A DNA stretch of 63,494 bases, filler included, from Candidatus Babelota bacterium (GTDB taxonomy: Bacteria; JAGOBX01): assembly GCA_017999075.1 (NCBI GenBank). It is 6 parts of 6 records of this genome, joined end to end, with 100 filler letters (N's around TTAATTAATTAA, not from the genome) between each part and the next. Parts side by side here need not be neighbours in the genome. Positions count along the whole stretch, not along the records: positions 42,586 to 52,999 come from JAGOBX010000084.1; positions 53,100 to 63,494 come from JAGOBX010000085.1; 4 more parts are not named here. One strand, given 5' to 3'. The position numbers were made by a program, and so were the translations under genes. The notes beneath the pieces were generated by a model. That model saw only the letters and a list, made by a program, of their open reading frames with translations. It made no database searches and was not told the DNA's origin. This document shows positions 51,436 to 60,848 of the stretch, piece after piece; within the stretch, counting starts at the first letter, position 1; each line of letters begins with the position of its first letter.

Positions 51436-52418
51436 TTATTTAAATCTTCCTGTTTTTTTCCAAAAATCATTCTGCCGGCTGAAGTTTGAATAGCGCTTGT
51501 AACAATTGCCTTAACAATCTGGTTTATTTGACGGTTCGCATTATCAATAACCACCATAGTTCCATCATTAAGATACCCTATACCCTGATTGTGCTCCTTT
51601 CCTTCTTTAATTATAAGTATTTCAATCTGCTCTCCAGGAAGCATAACAGGTTTTAAAGCATTAGCCAAATCATTAATGTTTAACACTTGAATTGATTGAA
51701 GTTCAGCTACTTTATTTAAATTATAATCATTGGTAACAAGCGGAGAATGAAATTCTTTTGCCAAAGCTATAAGTTTTTCATCTGTTTCAATTATTTCAGG
51801 ATAATCTATATTTACAATCTTTAATTTTATTTTAGGATTCGATTGGATTTTGTTTAAAATGTCAAGTCCCCGCCTTCCCCTGTTTCGTTTCAAATTATCA
51901 TGCGAATCTGATATCGTCTGAAGTTCTTTTAAAATAAATTTAGGAATAACTATGATTCCATCAATAAAGTTTAGGTTCAAAATATCTACGATTCTTCCGT
52001 CTATTATAACGCTTGTATCAAGTATTTTAAAAATTTCAGACGACTTTTCATTATGTAATGAAGTATTTTTTATTAAAAAATAATATCTGAAAAATAACCA
52101 GATTATAAAAATAGCTGATACTATTCCTGTAACAGCATAAAATTTATTCCGCAATATGTTTAAAGAAGAATGCAGAAAAATTGTTCTATGAAAAAATAAT
52201 ACCTGTCCGAAATATATTATCAATATGCTTAATAATATTAATGATACAAGTTTAACTGCATCTTCAACTTTCAGGCATGTGATAAAATTTATTATAAAAA
52301 CTAATAATACAGTAAATATTGCTGAAAAAAGAATTACATATGGATTATATAGTATAATTCCTAAAATTATATTAACTGCCAGTAAAACAATATAAAAAAA
52401 TATATCAGTTTTCTTCAA
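51432..52418 (-). CDS. Membrane PIN/TRAM domain protein (YacL family)
   Basis: LDTSVIIDGRI, RGRRGLDIL, TNDYNLNKVA, GYLNDGTMVV, QTSAGRMIF. Confidence 0.93.
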   Translation of the reverse strand: MKKTDIFFYIVLLAVNIILGIILYNPYVILFSAIFTVLLVFIINFITCLKVEDAVKLVSLILLSILIIYFGQVLFFHRTIFLHSSLNILRNKFYAVTGIVSAIFIIWLFFRYYFLIKNTSLHNEKSSEIFKILDTSVIIDGRIVDILNLNFIDGIIVIPKFILKELQTISDSHDNLKRNRGRRGLDILNKIQSNPKIKLKIVNIDYPEIIETDEKLIALAKEFHSPLVTNDYNLNKVAELQSIQVLNINDLANALKPVMLPGEQIEILIIKEGKEHNQGIGYLNDGTMVVIDNANRQINQIVKAIVTSAIQTSAGRMIFGKKQEDLNK

Positions 52419-52968
52419 CTTCTTCCTCTATATTTTCTTCTACAAGTCCAAGAAATTCTATGTCTTTTTCCGTTAAACTGAAATTTTTCTTCAAAACTTT
52501 CTCAAGCTGTTTTTCTGATTCCTTATAATCAATATCTTTTATCAAAGCTAGTTCTCCGCAAATAAGCGATTTAAAATTCAAATATAATTTTTTTTCGTTT
52601 GCATTTAATTGTCCATGCGCTCTCCGCCTGTAAATAAGTTTGCTCATCCATTCTGCGCATTTTACTATATTAGATGATTTGATTATAGAATTCAAATCAT
52701 TGATTATTTTTGCCATATCTTCTTCATCCATTTTTATAGGATCTTTTTTCAATATGTTTAATGCTTTACTTAATTGTTTATCTGAAGATATATTCCTTAT
52801 TCCATTTGATTCAATCATGTCTATAGGAATCAATAGTTCCATATTTGAATGAATCAATTGAATTTTAATAAATTCCTGATTTACTTTATCGATTTTTTCC
52901 TTGCATATTTCTACTACAGTTCCTGCGCCGTATAACGGACATACTATTTTATTCCCTGCTTTATACAT
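52405..52968 (-). CDS. carD: CarD family transcriptional regulator
   Basis: GNKIVCPLYGAGTV, GIR, EKKLY..LICGELA; sits upstream of yacL, a conserved pairing. Confidence 0.8.
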   Translation of the reverse strand: MYKAGNKIVCPLYGAGTVVEICKEKIDKVNQEFIKIQLIHSNMELLIPIDMIESNGIRNISSDKQLSKALNILKKDPIKMDEEDMAKIINDLNSIIKSSNIVKCAEWMSKLIYRRRAHGQLNANEKKLYLNFKSLICGELALIKDIDYKESEKQLEKVLKKNFSLTEKDIEFLGLVEENIEEEVEEN

Positions 52969-52999
52969 ATTAAAAACTCTCCTTAAAAATATTGAAATT

Positions 53000-53099
53000 N
53001 NNNNNNNNNNNNNNNNNNNNNNNNNNNNNNNNNNNNNNNNNNNTTAATTAATTAANNNNNNNNNNNNNNNNNNNNNNNNNNNNNNNNNNNNNNNNNNNN
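53000..53099. other. Artificial contig spacer
   Basis: N-run/TTAATTAATTAA/N-run. Confidence 0.99.
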
Positions 53100-53100
53100 T

Positions 53101-55533
53101 GGGACCACTGTGGGATATTTATTAAACATACTTGATTGGAATTATATTCAGGAAAGATTAAACGCCCTGCAGGCTACTTATAAAACAGAAGGACTTGAAA
53201 GCGGATATGGTTATATAATCAGCGGGGATTATAACACTTTAATAGCTCATCCGGATAAATCGTTATATGAAAAAACTCTTGAATCTATTGGACTTGGAAA
53301 TCTCCATAATTTTATAAAAACAAGCGCTGAAGGAATGGAATTGAATTATGAGTTCAAAAATAAAAATAAGACGATTGTATTTTATAAAAGCAAAGGTATA
53401 AACCAGGATTATAATTTTAATTGGATTTTTTTAATTGGCGCTAATAATGACGAAATATATTCTAAAGCGTCTTATTACAAAATAGTGATATTTTCTTCTA
53501 TAGTTGTTATTATGATAATAATTTTTATTATAAGTCTTATTTATGCCCAGAAATTTTCAAATCAAATTAATATTGCAGTCGATAAATTAAAACGTATATC
53601 AGCCGGCGATTTAAACCAGCAGCCGATATCAGTAACTTCTGACGATGAAATAGGAGAATTCGGAAACAGCTTTAATTTGATGCTTAATTCATTGAAGAAA
53701 CTTACTTCTCAAGCTACGTCAATATCTAACGATGATTTAAATAATCCTGTTTTAAATGAAAAAATTCCCGGAGATTTAGGTCAATCTTTTCATATAATGG
53801 TTAATAAGTTAAAAGAATTTGCTCAAATATCAAATTTAATAAGTCAGGACAAATTATTTCATAATGAAATTGACAATTTTGTTAAAAATATCAAATCGAA
53901 AGATGGTCATGCGGCAGGAGTATTGACCCAGGCGTACTTGAATATGATAGTAATACTCCGAGGCCTTGCTAAACAGGCAGAGCTGATTGCTAACGATGAT
54001 TTGTATAACCCGGAATTGAATAATGCTATAAGCAATGGAGATTTAGGATCGGCATTTATGAAAATGAGAGATAATCTAATGGATCTTTCAAATCAAATCG
54101 GACTTATAGCTGCAGATGATATTAATAATGAATATTTAGATAAAGTAATAACAACAGGAGTTATAGGCAATTCAATTTTAATATTAAAAGAAAATCTTCA
54201 GAATTTAGCCCGGCAGCTTGAATCTATAGCTAACGATAATATATATAACGAGGAACTGAATAAAATTTCTTCGAACGGGACGATAGGCCAGAATATAGCC
54301 CGTATGCGAGATATGCTGCGCGGAATAGCTACTCAGGCTGAACTTCTTGCAAAAGACGATTTATATAATGAAAAGTTAAATGAGTCAGTATCAATGGGAG
54401 ATTTCGGGAAACAGTTTATTTATATACGGGATATTTTTAGAATGCTTGCGCGTCAGGCTGAACTTATAGCAGATGATGATTTAATGAATGAAGAATTGGA
54501 AGTTTCTATTACAAACGGAGTTATGGGAAGCGCTTTCATCAAGATGCGAGATAATCTCAGAAGACTTTTGAGTCAGGCAAAACTTATAGCGCAAGGGAAT
54601 TTGCAGCATAGGGAATTGCAGCGTAAATCAGGTGAAAAAGCAGGTGTTCTTCAAAACGAATTTTATTCTATGGTTGATAATTTAAAAAGCCTTGTCGGCC
54701 AAATAAAATTTGTGTCAGTTAAAATAAAAGAAATCTCATCGGAAAATTTAAATGCTTTCAGTGAAATGTCTTCTGCGTCAAAAATTCAAAATGAGAAAAT
54801 AAGCGATACCACTGCAGCTATAACCGAAATGAGCGCTTCTGTGCAGGAAATTTCTCAAAGTTCACAGAGCGCTGATTCAATGGCGCTTGATGCAAAGAAA
54901 GCTGCAAATAAAGGTTCTGTTGCAGTAAAAGAAACCATAGACGGATTAGTTGCTATTACCAGAAATATTAAAGCTGCAGCAGGTATGACGAAAAAACTTG
55001 GAGAAAAAAGTATAGAAATCGGAAAAATTGTAAAAACTATAACAGAAATAAGCGAACAGACGAATTTGCTTGCGTTGAATGCTGCTATTGAAGCTGCGCG
55101 CGCCGGAGAACACGGGAAAGGTTTTGCAGTAGTAGCAGATGAAGTTCGCCAGCTTGCTGAACGCAGCAGAATCAGCGCTACTGAAATAAGCGCAATAATA
55201 GAAAAAATACAGGGTGAAATGGAACTTACGATAAATACTATGGAAAAAGCAAGCCAATCAGTTTCCGAAGGAATGGTAATCGCGGATACCTTAAAAACTT
55301 CTTTTGTCAATATCGAAGATAATGTTACAAATACAAATAAAAATATTGGAGAAATCGCTGATGCTCTCGGCCAACAGGCTAAAGTTTGCGATAGTCTTGT
55401 TATGGCTACAGAATCAATAACACATCAGGTAAAAGAAATTGAGTCTAAAACAGGGCATATACTGCTTCAAATCGAAACACTGAAAAACACTTCAGATGAT
55501 CTTGAATCTCAAATAACAAAATTTCAAATTTAG
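53101..55533 (+). CDS. Methyl-accepting chemotaxis protein with Cache sensor and poly-HAMP array (5'-truncated)
   Basis: IAHPD (Cache), a TM segment, HAMP (DEIGE), 40-aa repeats, and the signalling tip [35 protein letters not shown]. Confidence 0.95.
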   Translation, partial: GTTVGYLLNILDWNYIQERLNALQATYKTEGLESGYGYIISGDYNTLIAHPDKSLYEKTLESIGLGNLHNFIKTSAEGMELNYEFKNKNKTIVFYKSKGINQDYNFNWIFLIGANNDEIYSKASYYKIVIFSSIVVIMIIIFIISLIYAQKFSNQINIAVDKLKRISAGDLNQQPISVTSDDEIGEFGNSFNLMLNSLKKLTSQATSISNDDLNNPVLNEKIPGDLGQSFHIMVNKLKEFAQISNLISQDKLFHNEIDNFVKNIKSKDGHAAGVLTQAYLNMIVILRGLAKQAELIANDDLYNPELNNAISNGDLGSAFMKMRDNLMDLSNQIGLIAADDINNEYLDKVITTGVIGNSILILKENLQNLARQLESIANDNIYNEELNKISSNGTIGQNIARMRDMLRGIATQAELLAKDDLYNEKLNESVSMGDFGKQFIYIRDIFRMLARQAELIADDDLMNEELEVSITNGVMGSAFIKMRDNLRRLLSQAKLIAQGNLQHRELQRKSGEKAGVLQNEFYSMVDNLKSLVGQIKFVSVKIKEISSENLNAFSEMSSASKIQNEKISDTTAAITEMSASVQEISQSSQSADSMALDAKKAANKGSVAVKETIDGLVAITRNIKAAAGMTKKLGEKSIEIGKIVKTITEISEQTNLLALNAAIEAARAGEHGKGFAVVADEVRQLAERSRISATEISAIIEKIQGEMELTINTMEKASQSVSEGMVIADTLKTSFVNIEDNVTNTNKNIGEIADALGQQAKVCDSLVMATESITHQVKEIESKTGHILLQIETLKNTSDDLESQITKFQI

Positions 55534-55553
55534 TTTTACGGAGATGCAGATTT

Positions 55554-56072
55554 ATGGTTATTGAAATGACTAAAGAAAAAGATAAGTATAAAGAAAAAAT
55601 CAGAGAAGAAGATTTGTTTAATATGCAGAATAAATCGCAGTTCGTTTGTTTTGAACTGAATTCTCAGGAGTTTGGATTAAAAGTCGAAAATGTCGTTGAA
55701 GTTATACCTGTTCCGGAAGTTACCTCCGTAGTTCACACTCCTGAATTTATCAGGGGCGTTATAAATTTGCGCGGCGAAATAATAGTTATTATAGATTTGA
55801 AAATATTTTTTTCGCTGCCTAAGACTGATATAACTGAAAAATCTAAAATTGTAGTAACTCAGTTTGATTATAAAACAATTGGGCTGATAGTTGATTCTGT
55901 TTCTCAGATAGAGCTGCTTGAAGAAGTTACAGGAGATTCTATACCTGCCACAATATCAGGAAGAATAGCTGAATTTTTGAGAGGAGTTGCTATAAAAGAC
56001 GGTATGCCGTTAATGATATTGAATTTAAACAGCATATTGAGTTGCGAAGAATTCAAGGAGTTTGAACAATAA
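55554..56072 (+). CDS. cheW: Chemotaxis coupling protein CheW
   Basis: FVCFEL..EFGL, GVINLRGEIIVIIDL, GLIVDSV. Confidence 0.95.
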   Translation: MVIEMTKEKDKYKEKIREEDLFNMQNKSQFVCFELNSQEFGLKVENVVEVIPVPEVTSVVHTPEFIRGVINLRGEIIVIIDLKIFFSLPKTDITEKSKIVVTQFDYKTIGLIVDSVSQIELLEEVTGDSIPATISGRIAEFLRGVAIKDGMPLMILNLNSILSCEEFKEFEQ

Positions 56073-56222
56073 CTTGAAAAATTATATTCGGACGTTGGGC
56101 AAAGTAATGGTTAGTTTATAAATGAAATCCCGGAAAATTTTATGTTGAGTTGAAAATCAGGGTTATTTTTTTGAATTATATTAAATAGATAGTTTGAAAA
56201 CTTATTGGAAACACCGGCACAT

Positions 56223-57461
56223 ATGGAATTAATAAAAAATTTACTAATAAAAGAAAGCGGTATGGACTTTGAAAATTTCCGTGAAATTATTCTTGAACGA
56301 AGAGTGAATCAGCGAGTTGAATCTCTGAAATGCGGAAACACAATGAATTATTATTATTATTTGCAGAAACGGATTTCATCGAATGACAGAAGGGAGTTAG
56401 AAGAATTAATTTCATTGCTAACGGTAAATGAAACGTTTTTTCATAGAGATGTTTATCAGTTTAATTTTTTAAAAAATTCCGTATTTCCAGAATTACAGAA
56501 AAAAAATACCATAGAAATATTATCTCTTGCCTGCGCTACAGGAGAAGAACCGTATTCGATAGCAATGGAAGCTATGGAATATTTTGGAACAGACACAAAA
56601 AAAATAATTAATATTACAGGATGCGATATAGATAAAGATGCATTAAATAAATGTATGAATTCAAAATATACTGCGGACAGCAGGAGGCTTCAGAATCTTC
56701 CCAAGTATTATTTACAGAAATATTTCGATTATTTTGAAGGATATTATACTGTTAAAGAGTTTTTGAAAAAAAAAATAAAATTTTTGAATTTAAACATAAC
56801 CAGTCATAATTTTACAGGATGTTATGACGTTATTTTTTGTAAAAACGTTATGATGTATTTTCCTAAAAATGTTCAAACTGTTTTAATAAGAAAAATATTT
56901 AAATTATTGAATTCTGGCGGGTATTTTTTTATTGGCGCGACTGAAATAATAGATGATTTTATTGATGGTCTTGAAAAAATTGTTTCTGGAAATTCTATAT
57001 TTCGTAAAACTGATATAAAACAAAACAATAATATTGTTGCAGATTCTATTAATTTGAAACCAGATAAAAACAAAGACGCTGAATTACAAAAAGTTTTTGA
57101 TTTAAATAAACCCCGTGATCCGAAAATTTTTACGGTTAAAATATCAAATAGTATAGACAGGGAACATAGTGCAGCAGGAGAATACAGGGATTTTATAAGA
57201 AAACTAAACAGTTTGTTTGATATAAAAGAAAAAAAAATAATTATTGATATGACTGAAACTAAATTTATAGACAGGTATTCTATTGAAAACATGATAAAAC
57301 TTGCCCATATTCTTGAAAAAGACGGGAAAATTGCAATAGCTGTAGTTGAAGACGGCGGATTGAAAAATATGCTTAACAGAACTGAATTTCACAAGAAAAT
57401 CAAATTGGCATCGAACATGAATGAAGCTTTAAAACTATTAAATGCGGAGATTTCAAAATGA
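56223..57461 (+). CDS. cheR: CheR methyltransferase with C-terminal STAS-like domain
   Basis: TVNETFFHRD, ACATGEEPYSIAM, DVIFCKNVMMYF. The C-terminus IIIDMTETKFIDRYS...NEAL resembles STAS. The start could be TTG 56205. Confidence 0.88.
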   Translation: MELIKNLLIKESGMDFENFREIILERRVNQRVESLKCGNTMNYYYYLQKRISSNDRRELEELISLLTVNETFFHRDVYQFNFLKNSVFPELQKKNTIEILSLACATGEEPYSIAMEAMEYFGTDTKKIINITGCDIDKDALNKCMNSKYTADSRRLQNLPKYYLQKYFDYFEGYYTVKEFLKKKIKFLNLNITSHNFTGCYDVIFCKNVMMYFPKNVQTVLIRKIFKLLNSGGYFFIGATEIIDDFIDGLEKIVSGNSIFRKTDIKQNNNIVADSINLKPDKNKDAELQKVFDLNKPRDPKIFTVKISNSIDREHSAAGEYRDFIRKLNSLFDIKEKKIIIDMTETKFIDRYSIENMIKLAHILEKDGKIAIAVVEDGGLKNMLNRTEFHKKIKLASNMNEALKLLNAEISK

Positions 57462-60400
57462 AAATAGAAGAATATATTGCTAATGATATATCGTCGATTA
57501 TCAGGTCGTTAAGTTCTAATTGTGATAATTTGAAAAAATCCGATTGTGAATCAGAATATTTTGACAGAATTCAGACTGATATCGAACTTTTGTCTGGAAT
57601 GTTTAAAATATTATCAATAGATACCATATCTGAAATGCTTCTTAAATTAAAAGAATTTATTTCAGTTAAATGCTCGTCCAATAGGATGTTGACTTCCGAA
57701 TTGTTTTCCATAATAAATCTGTTAACTGTTATTTTATCAGAATTAATAAATAAAAATGAGATAGAAGAAAAAAAAATAGATGAGACTGTAAAACATTTTT
57801 TTCAGCATGTGCAGGAACTTAATTTGAAAGAATTGATGACTCTTGATGCAGCGCTTGTAACCGCTGATTTAAATTTTAAGAATAAAGGCGAAGAATCACA
57901 AATTGAAACCAATCCAAAGGATACTAAACAAAAAAATGAAGATGAATCTGTTCAAACTGAACAAAAAACTAATAATATTGCACGAAAAAATGATATTGAA
58001 AAAAAAAGTCGGCCGCAAATTATTTCGGCTGAGAATGAACAAAAAAAGGAAACCAAAACTATGGATTCAACAATAAATATTTCACAAAACAATAATTTAT
58101 CAAATTCAAATATTGCTGCATCTAACAAATTTGATGTCAAGCCTTCTGCTAATCTCCCTAAATATAATAAAGGAGAATTTGTTTTAAATATTACAGAATG
58201 TTTTTTAAACATGTCGCAGGATGTTTTAAGTATTTTTATAGAAGAAGTTCAGGAGATTATTGCCAATCTCGATAACAGGCTTATAGAACTTGAAAAAGAT
58301 TCGACCAATATGGATTTGTTAAATTTGATATTCAGAGATATGCATACATTGAAAGGTAATTCTGCTACTATAAATTTTAAAGCAATGAATTTTATAGCGC
58401 ATCGAGCAGAAAATACTCTTGATAAAATACGTAAAAGAACTTTGAGTCTTACTCCTGCAATAACTGATATAATGCTTGAATGCGTTGATGTATTTAAAGA
58501 AATGATGGATAATGTAATAAACAACAAAGCCGAAACTATGGATTTAACCGATACTATATATAAACTTGATTTAAGTAATCTTGGGGTATCTCCTGAACAG
58601 GCTGGTTTTTCTAAAGAAAAATCTTTTGATACGATTATATCGAAACCGAAAGAAAATATGTCCAGTCAATCTGAGAATAAAAAAAATGATGTTCAACCCG
58701 ATATACAGCCGCAGCCTAATGAAAAATCAGAGGTTTCTGCAAATCAGTCTTTTGTTCCTCAAATGCCGTTGACGCAGGCTGCTGTTCAGGTTCAGCCTCC
58801 GCAGCAGCAGAATGTTTCTGCGCCGCAGGCTCAACCGTCGTCAGGTGGAGCAGCAGCTGCTGCAAAAAAAATTGAAACTACAAGCCTTAGAGTAGATATT
58901 CAAAAATTAAATACGGCAATGAATTTGATTGGTGAAATAGTTATTGATAAAATCAGATTGAATCAGAAAATAAAAAAAATATCGGATATAAATATTCTTA
59001 TAAATGAAATAATAGGATTAATTGAAGGGGATTCTGACGCTGAATTTGAAGAACATTTTAAGATTGAGATAACTGATAAAATTAATAATTATGTTAATTC
59101 TCTGAATATTGATGCTGATATTTACAGGTTGTACAGCAGGGAAATTAATATAATAAAATCTACTGTAGATAAACTGAAAAGAGAACAAATTGATTTAGAA
59201 ACATTTTCAAAAAAAATTGATAAGGAAAATATTGTTGCTGATCTGAGGCGAGTTGAACAGATATTTAAAGAATCAGTTCAGGAATTATTATTTATAGTAG
59301 AACATTTAAGTTTGGTAACGAATGATTTGCAGGAATCTATTATGAAAATGAGGATGGTTCCTGTGTCCCAGTTGTTTGATAAAGTTCCGCGGATAGTAAG
59401 GACAGTATCTAAAGATTTAGGTAAAAAAGTAGAAATAGAAGTTATAGGAGCTGAAACGGAACTTGATAAAACCGTTATTGAACAATTGAATGACCCATTG
59501 ACTCATATCATAAGAAATTCTGTTGATCATGGAATTGAAAAACCTGAAGCAAGAGTAAGTAAAGGAAAACCGGAAACAGGCACGATAACTCTTAAGGCAG
59601 AACATAAGGGAAATCAAGTTGCTATAATAATTGTTGATGATGGAAAAGGAATAAACGCTCCTGTAATAGTTAAAAAGGCTCTTGAAAACGGTTTGATAAC
59701 ACAGGAAAAAGCTTCGACTATGACAAAATCAGAAATACTCGAATTGATTTTTTTACCTGGATTGTCGAGTGCAGAAAAAGTTACTGAAGTATCGGGACGC
59801 GGCGTGGGAATGGATGTAGTGTTAAGCAATATTAAGAAACTTAAAGGAACAATAGAAATAGAAAGTGAGATTGACAGTGGCACGAAAATTACAATTAGGC
59901 TGCCGCTGACTATGGCTATAATGCAGGTTCAATTAATTAAATGTTCAAACCAGATTTTTGCAATACCGATAAATTTTATAGAAGAAATTATCAATATAAA
60001 AACAGATAAAATAATGCATATAGGCCCTAAACGTGTTTTTAATCTGCGTGAAGAAATTATTCCGATAGTGGAATTAAATGAAATTTTGGAAATACGCGGA
60101 CTCGGTTTTATTGAAAAAGAATATTTTCAGATAACTATAATTAACATTTCGGATAAACGGATAGGATTTATAATAGACAGGTTAATAGCTCAGCAGGAAA
60201 TTGTTATAAAATCGTTGGGGAATGTATTGAAAAATGTTAAACATGTTACAGGCGCAACGATTCTGGGAGAGGGAAATGTTATATTGATTCTTGATATTCT
60301 TGGAGTTTATTCAACTGCAAAAAAAATGGTGGATTTGTCAGCCGGAGGATCTTTTCAGAATTTGACAAAATCCAACCAGTCTAATGTTAAAATCAATAAT

Positions 60401-60781
60401 CCTCACATAGATGTTCATAAAAAGAAGATTCTTATCATAGACGATTCCAGTACAATGCGTGCTACTTTAAAAGAACATCTTGAAGAAGCAGGTTACGCTA
60501 CAGTTCAGGCAAAAGACGGATTTGAAGCCATTGAGAAAATGAAAAATGAACATATTGATATGTTTACTGTTGATATAAATATGCCTGGGATGAATGGTTA
60601 TGAATTGACCCGGAAGATAAGAGAACTTCCTGATTATGTAAAAAAACCTGTAATTATGGTATCTTCGAAATCAGATAAGATAGATAAAATGAGGGGACTT
60701 GATTCAGGAGCTGATGAATACATCACCAAACCGTACGATAAAAATAATTTATTGCAATTAATCAAAAAATTTCTTGAATAA
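57458..60781 (+). CDS. cheA: Hybrid CheA-REC chemosensory kinase
   Basis: FRDMHTLKG (Hpt), LRVDI, HIIRNSVDHGIE, DDGKG, VSGRGVGMDVV, a CheW domain, and C-terminal REC (IDDS, VDINMP, KP). Confidence 0.96.
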   Translation: MKIEEYIANDISSIIRSLSSNCDNLKKSDCESEYFDRIQTDIELLSGMFKILSIDTISEMLLKLKEFISVKCSSNRMLTSELFSIINLLTVILSELINKNEIEEKKIDETVKHFFQHVQELNLKELMTLDAALVTADLNFKNKGEESQIETNPKDTKQKNEDESVQTEQKTNNIARKNDIEKKSRPQIISAENEQKKETKTMDSTINISQNNNLSNSNIAASNKFDVKPSANLPKYNKGEFVLNITECFLNMSQDVLSIFIEEVQEIIANLDNRLIELEKDSTNMDLLNLIFRDMHTLKGNSATINFKAMNFIAHRAENTLDKIRKRTLSLTPAITDIMLECVDVFKEMMDNVINNKAETMDLTDTIYKLDLSNLGVSPEQAGFSKEKSFDTIISKPKENMSSQSENKKNDVQPDIQPQPNEKSEVSANQSFVPQMPLTQAAVQVQPPQQQNVSAPQAQPSSGGAAAAAKKIETTSLRVDIQKLNTAMNLIGEIVIDKIRLNQKIKKISDINILINEIIGLIEGDSDAEFEEHFKIEITDKINNYVNSLNIDADIYRLYSREINIIKSTVDKLKREQIDLETFSKKIDKENIVADLRRVEQIFKESVQELLFIVEHLSLVTNDLQESIMKMRMVPVSQLFDKVPRIVRTVSKDLGKKVEIEVIGAETELDKTVIEQLNDPLTHIIRNSVDHGIEKPEARVSKGKPETGTITLKAEHKGNQVAIIIVDDGKGINAPVIVKKALENGLITQEKASTMTKSEILELIFLPGLSSAEKVTEVSGRGVGMDVVLSNIKKLKGTIEIESEIDSGTKITIRLPLTMAIMQVQLIKCSNQIFAIPINFIEEIINIKTDKIMHIGPKRVFNLREEIIPIVELNEILEIRGLGFIEKEYFQITIINISDKRIGFIIDRLIAQQEIVIKSLGNVLKNVKHVTGATILGEGNVILILDILGVYSTAKKMVDLSAGGSFQNLTKSNQSNVKINNPHIDVHKKKILIIDDSSTMRATLKEHLEEAGYATVQAKDGFEAIEKMKNEHIDMFTVDINMPGMNGYELTRKIRELPDYVKKPVIMVSSKSDKIDKMRGLDSGADEYITKPYDKNNLLQLIKKFLE

Positions 60782-60848
60782 TTTAGATTGCGTAAATATA
60801 ATAATTTCGGATATAGGATTTTGATAAGTTTTAGGTTATAGTAAAATT

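Noticed and set aside
10723-53099. Regularly spaced TTAATTAATTAA palindromes about every 10.5 kb
   Set aside because: These are synthetic six-frame-stop linkers embedded in N runs, not a genomic repeat.
56073-56222. Possible c-di-GMP-I riboswitch between cheW and cheR (GGGCAAA...GGGTTA)
   Set aside because: It lacks the GNRA-capped stem, the GACGCAAA segment and convincing pairing. The resemblance is limited to short words; an Rfam cmscan would settle it.
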